Counted from the first letter of the stretch, positions 10,829 through 21,770 are shown. The stretch is 64,000 bases of DNA from an uncultured Gemmatimonadaceae bacterium (GCA_963716745.1 OY970320.1:992001-1056000), one strand, 5' to 3'. Made by a program: numbers and translations. The notes: generated by a model from the sequence alone, not told the origin.

Positions 10829-13139
10829 ATGCCACATATGCGCTTGCTGCTCGCCGCTCTCATCGCGCTCAGCGGGTCGCTGCGCGCGCAGGACCCCGAT
10901 TCTGCGCTGCAGGCCGCGGTGGCGCGGGATCCGTGGCCCCGCCACGTGCAGACCACCGCGGGCTACGCGACCATCTATCAGCCGCAGGTCGAGACATGGA
11001 CCGGGAATCAACTCACCTTCCATGCCGCGGTCTCCTTCGCCGCCACGGATTCCGGCGCGCCGACCTTCGGCGTCGTGTTCGCCACCGCGCGCACGGAGAC
11101 GGACAAGGAGAATCGCACTGTCACGCTCGAGGACATGAAGCTCACGGGCGCCAAGTATCCGTCGCGCCCCGATAGCGTGAGGCCGTACCTCGCGGCGCTG
11201 CGCGCGAAGCTTCCCGGAACGGCGCGTGTCATCTCGCTCGACCAGCTCCAAATGTCGCTGCTCGTGGTGAGCGACAAGAGCAAGATGAAAACGGTGCCGG
11301 TGAAGAACGATCCGCCCACGATCTACTTCTCGCAGCAGCCGGCGATCCTCGTGCTCATCGATGGCAATCCCGCGCCGCGCGCGGTGCCCGGCACGAGCGT
11401 GCAGCGCATCATCAACACGCGGGTGCTGCTCGTCTCCGGCGGCGGCGTCTACTACCTGAAGCTGTTCGACGGGTGGATGCAGGCGCCGCAACTCACAGGA
11501 CCATGGACGGTGGCGTTCCGCGCACCTACGGTGCTCGACAGTGTGCTCACGTGGGCCAAGACGCAGCCCATCGATCTCTTGCCCGGCGTCAGCCCCGATC
11601 CCGATGAACCGGCGCCAAGCATCATCACCGACACGCCGCCGCAGATCTTCACGAGCATCACGCCCGCGTCGCTGATCGTCACCGACGGTCCGGCCGACTA
11701 TGAACCGGTGGGCAATACCGACCTGCTCTATGTCAGGAACACGAGCGCGCACGTGTTCCAGTACATCGAGAACCAGCAAGTGTACGTGCTGATCTCGGGA
11801 CGCTGGTTCACCGCGCCCGCGACTTACGGTCCTTGGACGTACGTGCCGGGCGCGGAACTGCCTGCGGACTTCTCGCAGATCCCGCTCGATAGTCCCGTCG
11901 AACCGGTGCTCGCATCGATCCCCGGCACACCGCAGGCCGCCGAGGCCGCGCTCGAGAACGGCATCCCGCAAACCGGCGCGGTGCCGCTCACGACCACGAT
12001 GCCCGCGCCCGAGGTCGACGGTGCACCGCTCATGGGCAAGATCTCCGGCACATCGCTCAGCTACGTCACGAACGCGAGTGTGCCGATCATCCGCGGACCG
12101 CAGGGGAACTTCTACTCCGTCTACAATGGGATCTGGTTCGTGTCCGCGAATGCGACCGGACCGTGGGCAGTGGCGACGGCGATCCCCGCGGCGATCTACA
12201 CCATCCCGCCCAATTCGCCGCTGTATTACGTGACGAACGTGCAGATCTATGGCGCGACATCGACCGTCGTGTACGTGGGCTACACGCCCGGCTACTATGG
12301 TACGGTGATCGCGCCGGGCGGCGTGGTGGTGTACGGCACGGGCTACGTGTATCCGGCGTGGATCGGCTCCTACTATTATCCGCCGCCGATCACTTACGGA
12401 TTCGGCGCCAGCATTCGCTGGACGCCGTGGACCGGGTGGAGCGTGGGCTTCGGATTCGGCTATGCGTACGGCGGCGTCGCCATCGGCATGACGTTCGGCG
12501 GTCCGATGTGGGGCGTGCATCCGTACTATGGGCCGGCGTACTACGGCGGCTACTACGGTGCGCACGGCTACGTCGCCGCGGGCTACGGCGGCTGGGCCGG
12601 CACCACCGGCAACATGTATCACCAGTATGGCGCGACGAGCGCGGTCACGCGGCAGTCGGCCGGCTACAATGCGTACACGGGCAACGGATGGTCGCACAAC
12701 ATGGGCGCGTCGTACAACTCGGCGACGGGCATCGCGGCGGCGGGCCAGCGCACCACCGTGGCCAATGCTTACACCGGCGGCTATCGCAGCTACGCGAGCG
12801 GCACGGTGACGAACACCAACACCGGTCGCTCCACGAGCGTGGCCGGCGTGTCGTCCAACTATGGAAGCGCCGTGAAGGTGGGCAACAATGTGTACGGCGA
12901 CGCGAACGGGAACGTGTTCAAGGACAACGGCGGCGGAAGTTGGTCGCAGTGGGGCGGAGGCGGAGGCGGAGGCGGCTGGCGGCGGCCATAGCGCCGCTAG
13001 CGGGTGGGGCGGCTGGGGCGGATCGAGCGCGATGAACAACCAGGCGTGGTCGCGCGACGCCGGCTCGTCGCGCGCATCCAGTTTCGGCGGTGGTGGATGG
13101 AGTCGCGGCGGCGGTGGTGGGTGGGGGGGACGTCGGTAA
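10829..13139 (+). CDS. Large secreted hypothetical protein with Gly/Tyr-rich C-terminus; frameshift near 12985
   Basis: Signal peptide, repeated WF.A....GPW motifs; Gly-rich tail continues in ORF ending 13139. Confidence 0.75.
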
Positions 13140-13193
13140 CCTCAACGGCGGGTCTCGGCTGTTGGCTGTCGCGAGCTTGAACGGCGACGGTCG

Positions 13194-15705
13194 GTGAGCC
13201 GCGCGGCGAGTGCGGCCCTTGTAGTCATCACCGCGTGTCTCGCGGCCACCGCGGCGCGGGCGCAGGACTCCGTCTCCACGGCGGCGGGCGCCGAGTACGG
13301 GATCTCCGGTCCGCTCGGTTGGCTCGACCGCTGGCTGTTCGGGTCGCGCTATCGGACCCTGTGGACCGACACCGTGCGCGCGCACGTGCTTCGCGCTCCC
13401 ATGACGCTCGGCGGGCTGCGACCGCTGAGCGCGGACACCGGCCTGCGCAGCGGCGTGCTCAACCTGAGCGGGCCGCGTTCCGACGCGTACACATTCCGTC
13501 TCGTCGATCCGCCGGTGAGCTCGGCGCTGCCCGACGAGCTGCGACTCGGCGTGGTGATCGGACCGGTGCAGGATCTGGTGAGCGCGCTGCATCCGGGCGC
13601 CGCGCTCATCGTGCCGCCGCTCGCTCGCGCGGCCGGCGTGGGTGACTCGCCATCGGACATGGAATACCTGGCGGCTGACCGTTCGCTCGGCGCCCTCAGT
13701 TCCACCTTCGCGGACAAGCTCGGCTATTTCCAGACCGAGCCTGAGGTCGCACACTCGGCGTCGACGCGTGAACTCATCGAGAAGATCCGCAGCGCCGACG
13801 CGCCGCGCGTGGACGCTCACGCATACCTTCGAGAGCGGTTGTTCAATGTGTACGTCGGCGAGACCGAACTCTATCCGACGGAGTCCCGCTGGCGCCTGCA
13901 CGGCACGCCGCCGGTGTGGACTCCGGAGGCGCGGAACCGCGATGCGGCCTTCGCGAACTTCGACGGCCTGGTGACAGCGCTCGCGCGCATCGCGGTTCCA
14001 CAGTTCATGAGATTCGGACCCGCGTACGATCCATACCTCGGCGAGACCGCATATCTGCTCGCCGTGGACCGCACGCTGCTCGGCGCACTCGACACCGCGG
14101 CGTGGGACAGCACCGCACGCGCCATGCAGTCGTCGCTCACCAATGCGGCGATCGACAGCGCTATCGCCACGATGCCGCCCGCTTGGCGCATCACGAATGG
14201 CGCTCAGCTCGCGGCGGCATTGCGTGCGCGGCGCGACGGGCTGCCCAAGATCGCGCACGCGCTGTACCTGATGGTGGCCAAGCACGTGGATCTGTACGCG
14301 CCGGCAGCGGCGGGGCGCATCCTCGCCTGGCGCACCGAGCCCGGCGCGCTGCGCATCCGAGATGCCCGGCATGGATCGCACCTTCCTCTCGAGCGAGACG
14401 CACGAGGTGACGCTCTTCCTGGAGGGCGCCGATCACACCGTGCTCGTTCGAGGCGCAGCGTACGGCGGACCCGAACTTCGCGTGGTGACCGGCACGGCGC
14501 ACGCGACGATCATCGATTCGGCGACAGCGGTCGCGCGCACCCTCTCCGTGGACGACAGCTCCGGCCACGCGACTATCGACAGCGCCGCCGCGGGAGCACC
14601 GCCGCGCGTTTCACGGCGAACCGTCGTGCCGCCCGACGTCACGCCGAGCGGAACGGGTTCGGCCACGCGTCCCGCCGACGGCGTACGATACGGGCCGGTG
14701 ATCTGGTTCGATCTGTTCGGCAATCTGGGCGTGCTGTTCGGCGGCGGCGTGGAGCGCATCCGGTACGAGCACGGTTTCGCACCGTGGAGCTCGCGACAAC
14801 GGCTGCGCGCGGCGTACGCGACATCGCCTAATGAGTACGCGGTAGAGTATGACGGCACTTTCCGCTTTGAGCACGCGGCGTCCGACTTCAATCTCGCGCT
14901 CAGCCGGTCGGGCATCGGCATTCTGCGCTTCTATGGCTACGGCAACGCGACCGTGCGCACTCAGCCCGACGAGTTCTATTCGGCGAACCAAGTGGCGTAT
15001 ACCGTGGCACCCGCGGTGCAGCTGCCGTGGAGCGCGCGCGACACGCTGAGCGTGGGGCTCGTGTACAAGGATGTGAGCACGAGCACCACGGGGGATCGAT
15101 TCATCACCATTTCCAAGCCGTTCGGTTATCCCGAATTCCGTGAGGCGGGCGCGCGTTTGATGGTGCGGCGCGACACGCGCGACTCACCGGTGGCGGCGCA
15201 CAGCGGCTGGCTCGTGATCGCGGGGGGCGACTACTTCCCGAAAGCGCTCGATGTGCTGCGGCCGTTCGGCGGGGTGAACGCGGCCGTGTCCACGTACTGG
15301 ACGCCGCCGGCGCAGGACGCGCTCACGTTCGCGGTGCGGGTGGCGGGTCAGAAGATATGGGGACCGTTCCCGGTGTTCGAGGCGGCGTACATCGGCGGTG
15401 CCACCACGGTGCGCGGACTTCCTCCGCAGCGATACGCGGGCGATGCGAGCCTGTACAGCAATCTCGAAGCCCGACTGCGCGTAGGAAATCTGCCCTTCGT
15501 GGTGCGCTGGGATTTCGGCGTGAGCGCGATCATGGACGCGGGGCGGGTATTCGTGACCGGCGGAGAGGATCCGGACATTTGGCACACGGGATTGGGAGGG
15601 GGGATATGGGCGATCCTGCCGGATCGGTCGGCGATGGTTTATCTCACGCTCGTGCATAATGAGAAGACATGGGGGGTGGATGCAGGAACAAAGTTCATCT
15701 ACTAA
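13194..15705 (+). CDS. Omp85/BamA-TamA-like surface antigen with large N-terminal domain; frameshift near 14360
   Basis: IGGATTVRG...RYAGD and DAGRV...WHTGLGGG barrel motifs in 14362..15705; signal peptide in 13194..14831. Confidence 0.75.
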
Positions 15706-15790
15706 CGGCGTGATTGACGAGTCGTGCGTGTTCGACCACTGACGGCGTACGTACCGAGTCGTGCGTGTTCGACCACGACCTGCGTGAGTG
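15704..15790 (+). repeat. 37-bp unit array, left arm of the four-helix-bundle element
   Basis: Units start at 15710, 15747, 15784; core gagtcgtgcgtgttcgaccac. Confidence 0.85.
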
Positions 15791-15881
15791 AACTCGCACG
15801 GTACTGCGCGCCATGAAGGGATGAGGGGCAACGGCGGGCGGTGGAGTATAGTGCCGCGTCTCGAGCGAGTGGGGGCGTGGG

Positions 15882-16298
15882 GTGGGTTACGACAAGTGGG
15901 AAGCGTCCGTGCCGGAGGAGATGCGCAACGACGCGATTTGGAATATGCGGGTGTACCGCGCGGCGCTGTATGCGGCGGAACTCGGTACGCGCGATTCCGC
16001 GCGACTGCGCGAGCAGGGCGGCCCTCTAGACGTCGCCGACCAACTTCAGCGCGCGACGAGTTCTATCGGAGTGAACATCGCCGAGGGATATAGCCGCCTC
16101 AGCAAGCGCGATCGAAGCCGCTTCTACGAGTATGCGCTCGGCTCCGCCCGTGAATCGCGCGAGTGGTATTATCGCACTCGAGGAGGCCTAGGCAACGACG
16201 TCGCGAATGCGCGCATCGCCCTCCACTCGGCGATCACCCGAATCCTATTGGCGATGCTGAAGAACTCGCGCGAACCCGCCGCCCCGACCGCCGTCTGA
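15882..16298 (+). CDS. Four helix bundle protein (23S rRNA IVS/S23-like family)
   Basis: DQLQRATSSIGVNIAEG.SR...RFYEYALGSARE signature. Confidence 0.9.
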   Translation: MGYDKWEASVPEEMRNDAIWNMRVYRAALYAAELGTRDSARLREQGGPLDVADQLQRATSSIGVNIAEGYSRLSKRDRSRFYEYALGSARESREWYYRTRGGLGNDVANARIALHSAITRILLAMLKNSREPAAPTAV

Positions 16299-16318
16299 CT
16301 CCCGACGGTCGGGGCGCG

Positions 16319-16410
16319 ACTCACGCCATGCGTGGTCGAACACGCACGACTCGGTACTCACGCCGTGCGTGGTCAACACGCACGGACATCGGTCGGACTC
16401 ACGCCGTTCG
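16319..16410 (-). repeat. 37-bp unit array, inverted right arm
   Basis: gtggtcgaacacgcacgactcggtactcac is the reverse complement of the left-arm unit. Confidence 0.85.
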
Positions 16411-16413
16411 CAG

Positions 16414-17004
16414 TTAGCCGCGCGTGACCTTAACCGCCAGCGCCTCACTCGCCCTGATCACGATCCGATCCCCCACTTTCACCCTCGAGAACGCCGAAAC
16501 GCTCGGCGCCACGTGCACCGTCAGCATATTCCCCTGCGCCGTTTTTAGCGTCAGCACGCGCGTCGCTGAGTCCACGCCCGTCACTTCGGCGTCGGTCTCT
16601 TTCACGGTCACGTCGGTGATGGCCGGCAGTCCGGTGGGTTGCACGGTCACGGTATTCTCGGACGCGGTCACGGGCGGATCGGTCTGCTCGCGCAGGTACA
16701 CCGCGATCGATTCGATGTATTTCACGCTCACGGAGTCGCCGGGCTTCACCTGGGTGAGGTCCACGCCCTCCTTCCGCGCGGTGAACGCGTGCAGGTTGCC
16801 AGCCATCCCGCGCAGCACGACGTGCCGCGTCTTCTGGTCGACCGACAGCACGATGCCCTTCCATGTCTCTACCGCACCGACGACGCCGCCCATGACGGTG
16901 CCGTGCGGAGCGGGCGGCGGCGCCGCCGGCTGCTGCGCGCTCGCGCCGAGGGCGATCGCCGACACGAGTGCGGCGACGCTCATCAGGCTCTTGGAACTGT
17001 GCAT
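16414..17004 (-). CDS. Secreted hypothetical protein with two OB-fold-like repeats (paralog 1)
   Basis: GGGAGG RBS, signal peptide, duplicated VD..TR..L.....G...V..GD.V motif. Confidence 0.75.
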   Translation of the reverse strand: MHSSKSLMSVAALVSAIALGASAQQPAAPPPAPHGTVMGGVVGAVETWKGIVLSVDQKTRHVVLRGMAGNLHAFTARKEGVDLTQVKPGDSVSVKYIESIAVYLREQTDPPVTASENTVTVQPTGLPAITDVTVKETDAEVTGVDSATRVLTLKTAQGNMLTVHVAPSVSAFSRVKVGDRIVIRASEALAVKVTRG

Positions 17005-17179
17005 ACGCACCTCCCTTCAGGGCTCAGGAAATGGACCACTCCGCTCCGAACCTGGAGCAGAAGGCAGAATGTCCCGCTCCCCGGAGCGCGTCGCAAGTAG
17101 GCCCTAGGTCCTACTCTCGCGCGCATGCGCGCAACGCGGCGCGTGACGGGACCGCTCGTCCCGCCACGCGCCGCATACG

Positions 17180-17803
17180 TCAATTCGTGACGCCCACCAC
17201 CATCGGTTCGGTATACTGCACGGTCACTCGATCGCCGGGCTGCACGTTCGTCAGTCCAGAGACCTTCGGCGCGATCTTCACCGACCAAGGATTGCCGCTC
17301 GCGCCCTTGAGCATTAGGGTGCGCGTGGCGTCGTCCACGGCCACGACGGTTGCGGTCGTCTCGCGCACGGTCACGTTCATGATCTTCGGCCGACCCGCGG
17401 GAGCGATATTCACAGCCTTGGTCGAGAACTTGCCCGATCCATCGCCCGCCGACTGGATGCCGAGTCCGATCGGCTGCAGGACGCTCACGTTCACGGTCTG
17501 CCCGACGGCGAAGTCCTTGAAGCTCGTCACGTCCTTGTTCACGGGCAATTCACGCACGGTCCCGTCGGACTCACGCAGCGTGATCTCATGCGTGCCGGCA
17601 TCGATGTCGGTGATCGTGCCGCGCATTGTCGCGACTTCGCCGATCAGCCCTTCTGCAAGCGACTGGCCTCCCACATCACCACCGCCCACCGGGGCCGCCA
17701 CAGCCCCATGTCCCGCCGCCCCGGCCTGCGCCGTGGCGCCGGCCGCGCTCGCGGCCAGCACTGCGAAGGCGCCGAGCGCCTGGAATGCGATTCTCGTTTT
17801 CAT
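17180..17803 (-). CDS. Secreted hypothetical protein with two OB-fold-like repeats (paralog 2)
   Basis: Same duplicated motif as the 16414 and 32943 genes. Confidence 0.75.
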   Translation of the reverse strand: MKTRIAFQALGAFAVLAASAAGATAQAGAAGHGAVAAPVGGGDVGGQSLAEGLIGEVATMRGTITDIDAGTHEITLRESDGTVRELPVNKDVTSFKDFAVGQTVNVSVLQPIGLGIQSAGDGSGKFSTKAVNIAPAGRPKIMNVTVRETTATVVAVDDATRTLMLKGASGNPWSVKIAPKVSGLTNVQPGDRVTVQYTEPMVVGVTN

Positions 17804-17925
17804 ATGTACCTCACGGTGATCGGTTCTCATGCTCGGGAACGAGGCGTCCGCCGCGAACGACGGCGGCGCGTGGCAGGATCGCTATTCCTGCCACGCGCCG
17901 GTGGTTCCGCTTCGCTCGGCTCGGT

Positions 17926-18252
17926 TCACATCACATCCAATCCCTCGTCGTAGCGGCCGCCTGCCAGAGAGTCGCCGGCGTAATCGACGTACACGGTGGC
18001 GAGGCGGAGCTGGTTGAAGACCGTGCTCACTCCCGGACAATGCTCGGCGATGTTCTGCGCGAGCTGTGCATCCGCGAGGCTGTTCACCACGCCCAGGAGC
18101 GTGGCTTCTCCGTTGGCGACATACACATCCACATCGCGCGAATCGAGGTCCGCGCATCCGCGAAGCGCATCCGAGAGGTGCTCGCGCACCACGGCGTCGC
18201 TCCGCTCCGGGATCATGTCGCCATCGAACGGGTACCGTGCGATCGTGATCAT
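17926..18252 (-). CDS. BON domain protein
   Basis: SD..VREHL...LDSRDVDVYVANGEATLLGVV...A....PGVSTVFNQL; ATG overlaps the upstream stop. Confidence 0.85.
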   Translation of the reverse strand: MITIARYPFDGDMIPERSDAVVREHLSDALRGCADLDSRDVDVYVANGEATLLGVVNSLADAQLAQNIAEHCPGVSTVFNQLRLATVYVDYAGDSLAGGRYDEGLDVM

Positions 18253-18599
18253 GTGGTCACCGGTCGCCGCGCGAGCCTGCTTTGTTCTTCGATCCGGCGC
18301 GCGAGCCGCCGCTGCGTCCGCGCGGTTCGTCGCCGTTCTCGCCGATGCGATTGCCATCGATGTTCCGCGCCGGCTCGCCGACGGAGCGCGCGCTCTCGCG
18401 CTCGGTCTTCGTGAGCGCCGGCGCGCTCGTCGTATCCATCGGCGGGGTCTTTCATCTGCGGCCCGTTGGGCTCGGCACCGCCCTCATCCTCCCACGTCTG
18501 GATCTCTTCCTTCATCTCCGCCTTGCGCGCGCTCCGCTCGGTATGCTGCAGCGGCGCGTGCGACGGCTTGTCATTGCTCTTGGCATGCTGCTTCGCCAT
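18249..18599 (-). CDS. Hydrophilic hypothetical protein (WEDEGG motif)
   Basis: GGAGG RBS, ATGA coupling to the BON gene. Confidence 0.6.
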   Translation of the reverse strand: MAKQHAKSNDKPSHAPLQHTERSARKAEMKEEIQTWEDEGGAEPNGPQMKDPADGYDERAGAHEDRARERALRRRAGAEHRWQSHRRERRRTARTQRRLARRIEEQSRLARRPVTT

Positions 18600-18646
18600 G
18601 GCGTCATCCTCCAATCAAAGGGGATCGAATGGGATCGGCGATGCGG

Positions 18647-19363
18647 TCAGTTCCCGCGCGGTGCCGGCGGCGGGCTGACCCCATCTTCGACGTTGATCGC
18701 TTCCGCCGGCGCACCCCGGCCGCCGAGGATCACGATCGTGTATGCCTTGCCGGCTTCGAGATGCACCGGCTTGAGGATCATCGGTTTCACCGACTTCGCG
18801 TTCACGCGGACGTCGAGCGTGATCGTCGCAGGGGCGACGTCCTTGTAGCCCGCCTCGTCCGTGAAGTCGGCGCCCTGGAACAGCGCCGCCTTCTCGCCGA
18901 GCACCGCGAAATCGGCGCTCTTCACCGACGGCGATGCGTTGATGACGCGGATGCGCGCCTTGCCCGGATCGGCCGCGACATTGTCGCGCACGACGCGGAT
19001 CTGGGTCGCACCATTATCACCCGGCAGTATGAGCACCGTGTAACGCACGCCGTCGAGCATCATCTCGCGATCGTCGGCCAGCAGCTGGTTGTCATCCGCC
19101 GCCAGCGCGCGGAGCGCGATGAGCGAATCCCTCACCTGGGCGTAGGGCGTGACCTGCTTGTAGTTCACGCCGCTGAATAGCGTGCGATCGTCGCCGGTGA
19201 CGTCCACCTTCTTGCCGGACGGGAGCGCGTTCACGACGCGCACCATCGATCTCCCGGTGCGAGCGGCGTCCGTGCCGGAGGGACTCCCCTGCCGGCACGC
19301 GGCCGCCGCGGCGATCGCCATCGTGACGGCGAGCAACTGGGCCGAGGTGATCATTGCGCTCAC
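18647..19363 (-). CDS. DUF4397 domain lipoprotein
   Basis: AAAAC lipobox; VRVVNALP..VDV and IRVINASP repeats. Confidence 0.85.
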   Translation of the reverse strand: MSAMITSAQLLAVTMAIAAAAACRQGSPSGTDAARTGRSMVRVVNALPSGKKVDVTGDDRTLFSGVNYKQVTPYAQVRDSLIALRALAADDNQLLADDREMMLDGVRYTVLILPGDNGATQIRVVRDNVAADPGKARIRVINASPSVKSADFAVLGEKAALFQGADFTDEAGYKDVAPATITLDVRVNAKSVKPMILKPVHLEAGKAYTIVILGGRGAPAEAINVEDGVSPPPAPRGN

Positions 19364-19566
19364 ATCGTGGGGTACGAGCGCTCGAACTCGGCGACCTGAC
19401 GCTCGATCTCGTCGCGGCCTTCGCCGTACTTCCGCTGCAGCAGCCCCACGAGCTGGTCGCGCTTGCCGGCGATGTACTCGAGATCATCGTCGGTGAGCTT
19501 GCCCCACTTCTCGCGCACTCTGCCCCGCGCCTGCTTCCATGAACCTTCGATCTGATTCCAATTCAT
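19360..19566 (-). CDS. csbD: CsbD family stress protein
   Basis: MNWNQIEGSWKQARGRVREKWGKLTDDDL...G.RDQLVG.LQ.KYG; GGAGG RBS. Confidence 0.95.
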   Translation of the reverse strand: MNWNQIEGSWKQARGRVREKWGKLTDDDLEYIAGKRDQLVGLLQRKYGEGRDEIERQVAEFERSYPTM

Positions 19567-19597
19567 ATGGACCTCCTCGAATGCGTGCGACCAAGAA

Positions 19598-19703
19598 CAC
19601 AAAAGGCGCGCCCGAGCGCCGCGTGTGCGGCGTTCATGCGCGCCTTCGACTGGCAGACCGACTGCGCTGCCCGACAAGGCGACCCGGCCACCGACCCCCG
19701 GGC
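19598..19703 (-). promoter_or_regulatory. Structured leader motif, copy 1 (upstream of csbD)
   Basis: Sense: gcccgg..ccgggt cg CCTTGTCG ggcag..ctgcc AGTCGAAGGCGCGC..GCGCGCCTTTT. Confidence 0.8.
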
Positions 19704-19760
19704 CTCCGACTGCTGTGACCTTCCTTGTACCCTACGCACCTTTGCCCGGTTCCGTTGTGC

Positions 19761-20867
19761 TCACGAACTCAACAACACCGCCACCGGCTTCAGCCGGTCG
19801 ACATGGTCGCAGATCACCTTGATCATCACCGTGAGCGGCACCGCGATGATCGCCCCGGCCACGCCCCACACCCACGCCCACAGGATGAGACTGATGAATA
19901 GCGCCACCTTGTTGAGCGGCAATCCGCGCCCGAGTACCAGCGGCGTAACGATGTTCCCGGTGAGACTGTGCACGGTGAAGAAGGCGGCGCACACGATGAG
20001 CGTCTTCTCGATCCCGTCGAACGTGAGCAGGCACGCAGCACCGATGAACACCATGCTGATGATCGTACCGACGTACGGAATGAAATTCAGCACGGCGGCC
20101 AACGCGCCCCACAATGCGCCGTTGGGCAGGCCGGCCCATGCGAGCAGCCCCCATGTGAGCAGCCCCAATGCGACGCTGATCAGCGTCGTCAGCCCGAGAT
20201 ACCGAGCGGTCTGATGCTCGATCTCCGCCACCGCTTTCATGATCCGTTCCTGATCCTCGCGCTCGGCGAGCAGTCCGGTCACCTTGCGCTTGAACAGTTG
20301 GTCGGTGGAGGCGAGGAAGTATGTGAGGAACATCACGGTAATGAATCCCGCGAAGAAATCCATCGTGCCGCTCGTGAAGCGCGAGACCATGGCCGGCTCC
20401 TGCACGGCGACCTTCACCGCCGCTCCGGAGGAGGTATTCGCGGCGCGTTGGACCTGCTCCGCCGTCTGCTCGATGGTGGTGATCGGCCGCACCAGCTTCC
20501 GGATCTTCTGCTCGAGCTCGGGGATCGTCTCAGGCGCGCGCGTGAGCCATACCGTGGCCGGGCGGGCGAGCAGCACGCCGGCGGCCGTGAGCAGCGTGGC
20601 GCTGCCGAAGACCACGACGGCCGCGCCGATGGCGCTGGGCACGCCGAACTTCCTGAGCCCACGGATCGCCGGACCGAACAGCAAGCCGAGGAGCACGGAG
20701 ATCGTGATGGGCACCAGCACCGCGGACGCCCAGCGCATTGCCGCCAGCGCGATAATGACGAGGATCGCCACCTGCGGCGCGTTGCCGCGCATCAGCCTCA
20801 CGATCGGAGCGCGCGACCGGCGCGCGCCTTCGCGTGGGACATTGACGACACGCGGGAGAGCAGTCAC
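19761..20867 (-). CDS. AI-2E family transporter
   Basis: Multi-TM; LNFIPYVG, WGVAGAIIAVPL. Confidence 0.92.
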   Translation of the reverse strand: MTALPRVVNVPREGARRSRAPIVRLMRGNAPQVAILVIIALAAMRWASAVLVPITISVLLGLLFGPAIRGLRKFGVPSAIGAAVVVFGSATLLTAAGVLLARPATVWLTRAPETIPELEQKIRKLVRPITTIEQTAEQVQRAANTSSGAAVKVAVQEPAMVSRFTSGTMDFFAGFITVMFLTYFLASTDQLFKRKVTGLLAEREDQERIMKAVAEIEHQTARYLGLTTLISVALGLLTWGLLAWAGLPNGALWGALAAVLNFIPYVGTIISMVFIGAACLLTFDGIEKTLIVCAAFFTVHSLTGNIVTPLVLGRGLPLNKVALFISLILWAWVWGVAGAIIAVPLTVMIKVICDHVDRLKPVAVLLSS

Positions 20868-21133
20868 GCCACGGCCCGCTCGCGTGCGATCCGCGCCGCG
20901 CGCGACGCGCGCATGCGGCGCAGGACTTCCCGTGCGCGGCGCACATGCCTCGCGCGTTCGATCACCGCGTTCATCACCAGCGCCAACACGAGACCGACGC
21001 CCACCAGCGCCATGATCCCGTACAGCATTGCACGCCCGCTGCCGACCGGCGCCGAGTGGATGCGCGAAAAGCCGAGCGACGCCGCGGTGCCGCCCTGGAG
21101 CAGCAAGAAGATCGTAGACGGACGCATAATCAC
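20864..21133 (-). CDS. Small membrane hypothetical protein
   Basis: TM segment; 4-bp overlaps with both neighbours. Confidence 0.55.
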   Translation of the reverse strand: MIMRPSTIFLLLQGGTAASLGFSRIHSAPVGSGRAMLYGIMALVGVGLVLALVMNAVIERARHVRRAREVLRRMRASRAARIARERAVA

Positions 21134-21321
21134 CTCACCCGTTGATTGGCGGCCTTGTTCACCCAGAGCGGCAGACCGGCGGGCAGCGCCTGCGCCGCCG
21201 CGATCAACAACCGCCGCACTTCGGACGCTGGATTCTTGGTCTCGCGCCGGCGCGCTGGGACGCGCCGGGATTCCAACACACGCTCAAGTACCGCGATCTC
21301 GGACTCCTGCTCATGGCTCAT
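21130..21321 (-). CDS. Small hypothetical protein (63 aa)
   Basis: AAGGAG RBS before ATG 21321; coupled to the next gene. Confidence 0.5.
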   Translation of the reverse strand: MSHEQESEIAVLERVLESRRVPARRRETKNPASEVRRLLIAAAQALPAGLPLWVNKAANQRVR

Positions 21322-21348
21322 CGGTCGTCTCCTTAATCTCGATCGCCG

Positions 21349-21455
21349 AAAAACGAAGGCGCGTTGGCCGCCTCCGAGGAGAGCGACCAACGCGCCTTCG
21401 ACTGACGAAGCCTGCGCTTCGTCCGACAAGGGAGGCCGGCCGTTGCACCGGCCCT
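21349..21455 (-). promoter_or_regulatory. Structured leader motif, copy 2
   Basis: Sense: ggccgg..ccggcc tc CCTTGTCG gacgaagc gcag gcttcgtc AGTCGAAGGCGCGttgg..ccaaCGCGCCTTCGTTTTT; CATAAT just upstream. Confidence 0.8.
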
Positions 21456-21496
21456 CGCGTCATTATGACTGCACCGCCCCGAAGGGCCGAAATTTT

Positions 21497-21646
21497 CTAC
21501 CGCGACTTCTTCGTGCGCTTGCGGTTCGATTTTCCCGCCTTCTGCAGCGCGATCGCTACCGCCTGCTTCTGGGGCTTTCCCTCATGCATCTCGGTCTTGA
21601 TGTTCTCCGAGACCGTCTCGCGCGAGGATCCTTTCTTGAGCGGCAT
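21497..21646 (-). CDS. Small basic protein (49 aa), below the ORF-track cutoff
   Basis: [59 protein letters not shown]. Confidence 0.8.
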   Translation of the reverse strand: MPLKKGSSRETVSENIKTEMHEGKPQKQAVAIALQKAGKSNRKRTKKSR

Positions 21647-21671
21647 GGCTCCCTCCCGTCTCATATCCCAT

Positions 21672-21770
21672 AAAAAAGAAAAGGCGCGTGAGATCGGTGT
21701 GGCTGATCTCTTCGCGCCTTCGACTCGCGAGTCGCTTCACTCGCCCGCCAAGGTGGCCGCTCACGCGGCC
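21672..21770 (-). promoter_or_regulatory. Structured leader motif, copy 3
   Basis: Sense: ggccgc gtga gcggcc a CCTTGGCG ggcgagt..actcgcg AGTCGAAGGCGCG..CGCGCCTTTTCTTTTTT. Confidence 0.85.

Noticed and set aside
10571..13039. 822-aa minus-strand ORF
   Set aside because: Arg/His/Ala-rich shadow ORF opposite a real gene, common at high GC
15882..16298. DGR accessory protein Avd or 23S rRNA intervening sequence
   Set aside because: No reverse transcriptase, TR/VR pair or rRNA sequence in the window
19727..19753. EcfG-type GGAAC..CGTT promoter before leader copy 1
   Set aside because: GGAAC is present on the minus strand but the spacing to CGTA is only 12 nt; not supportable
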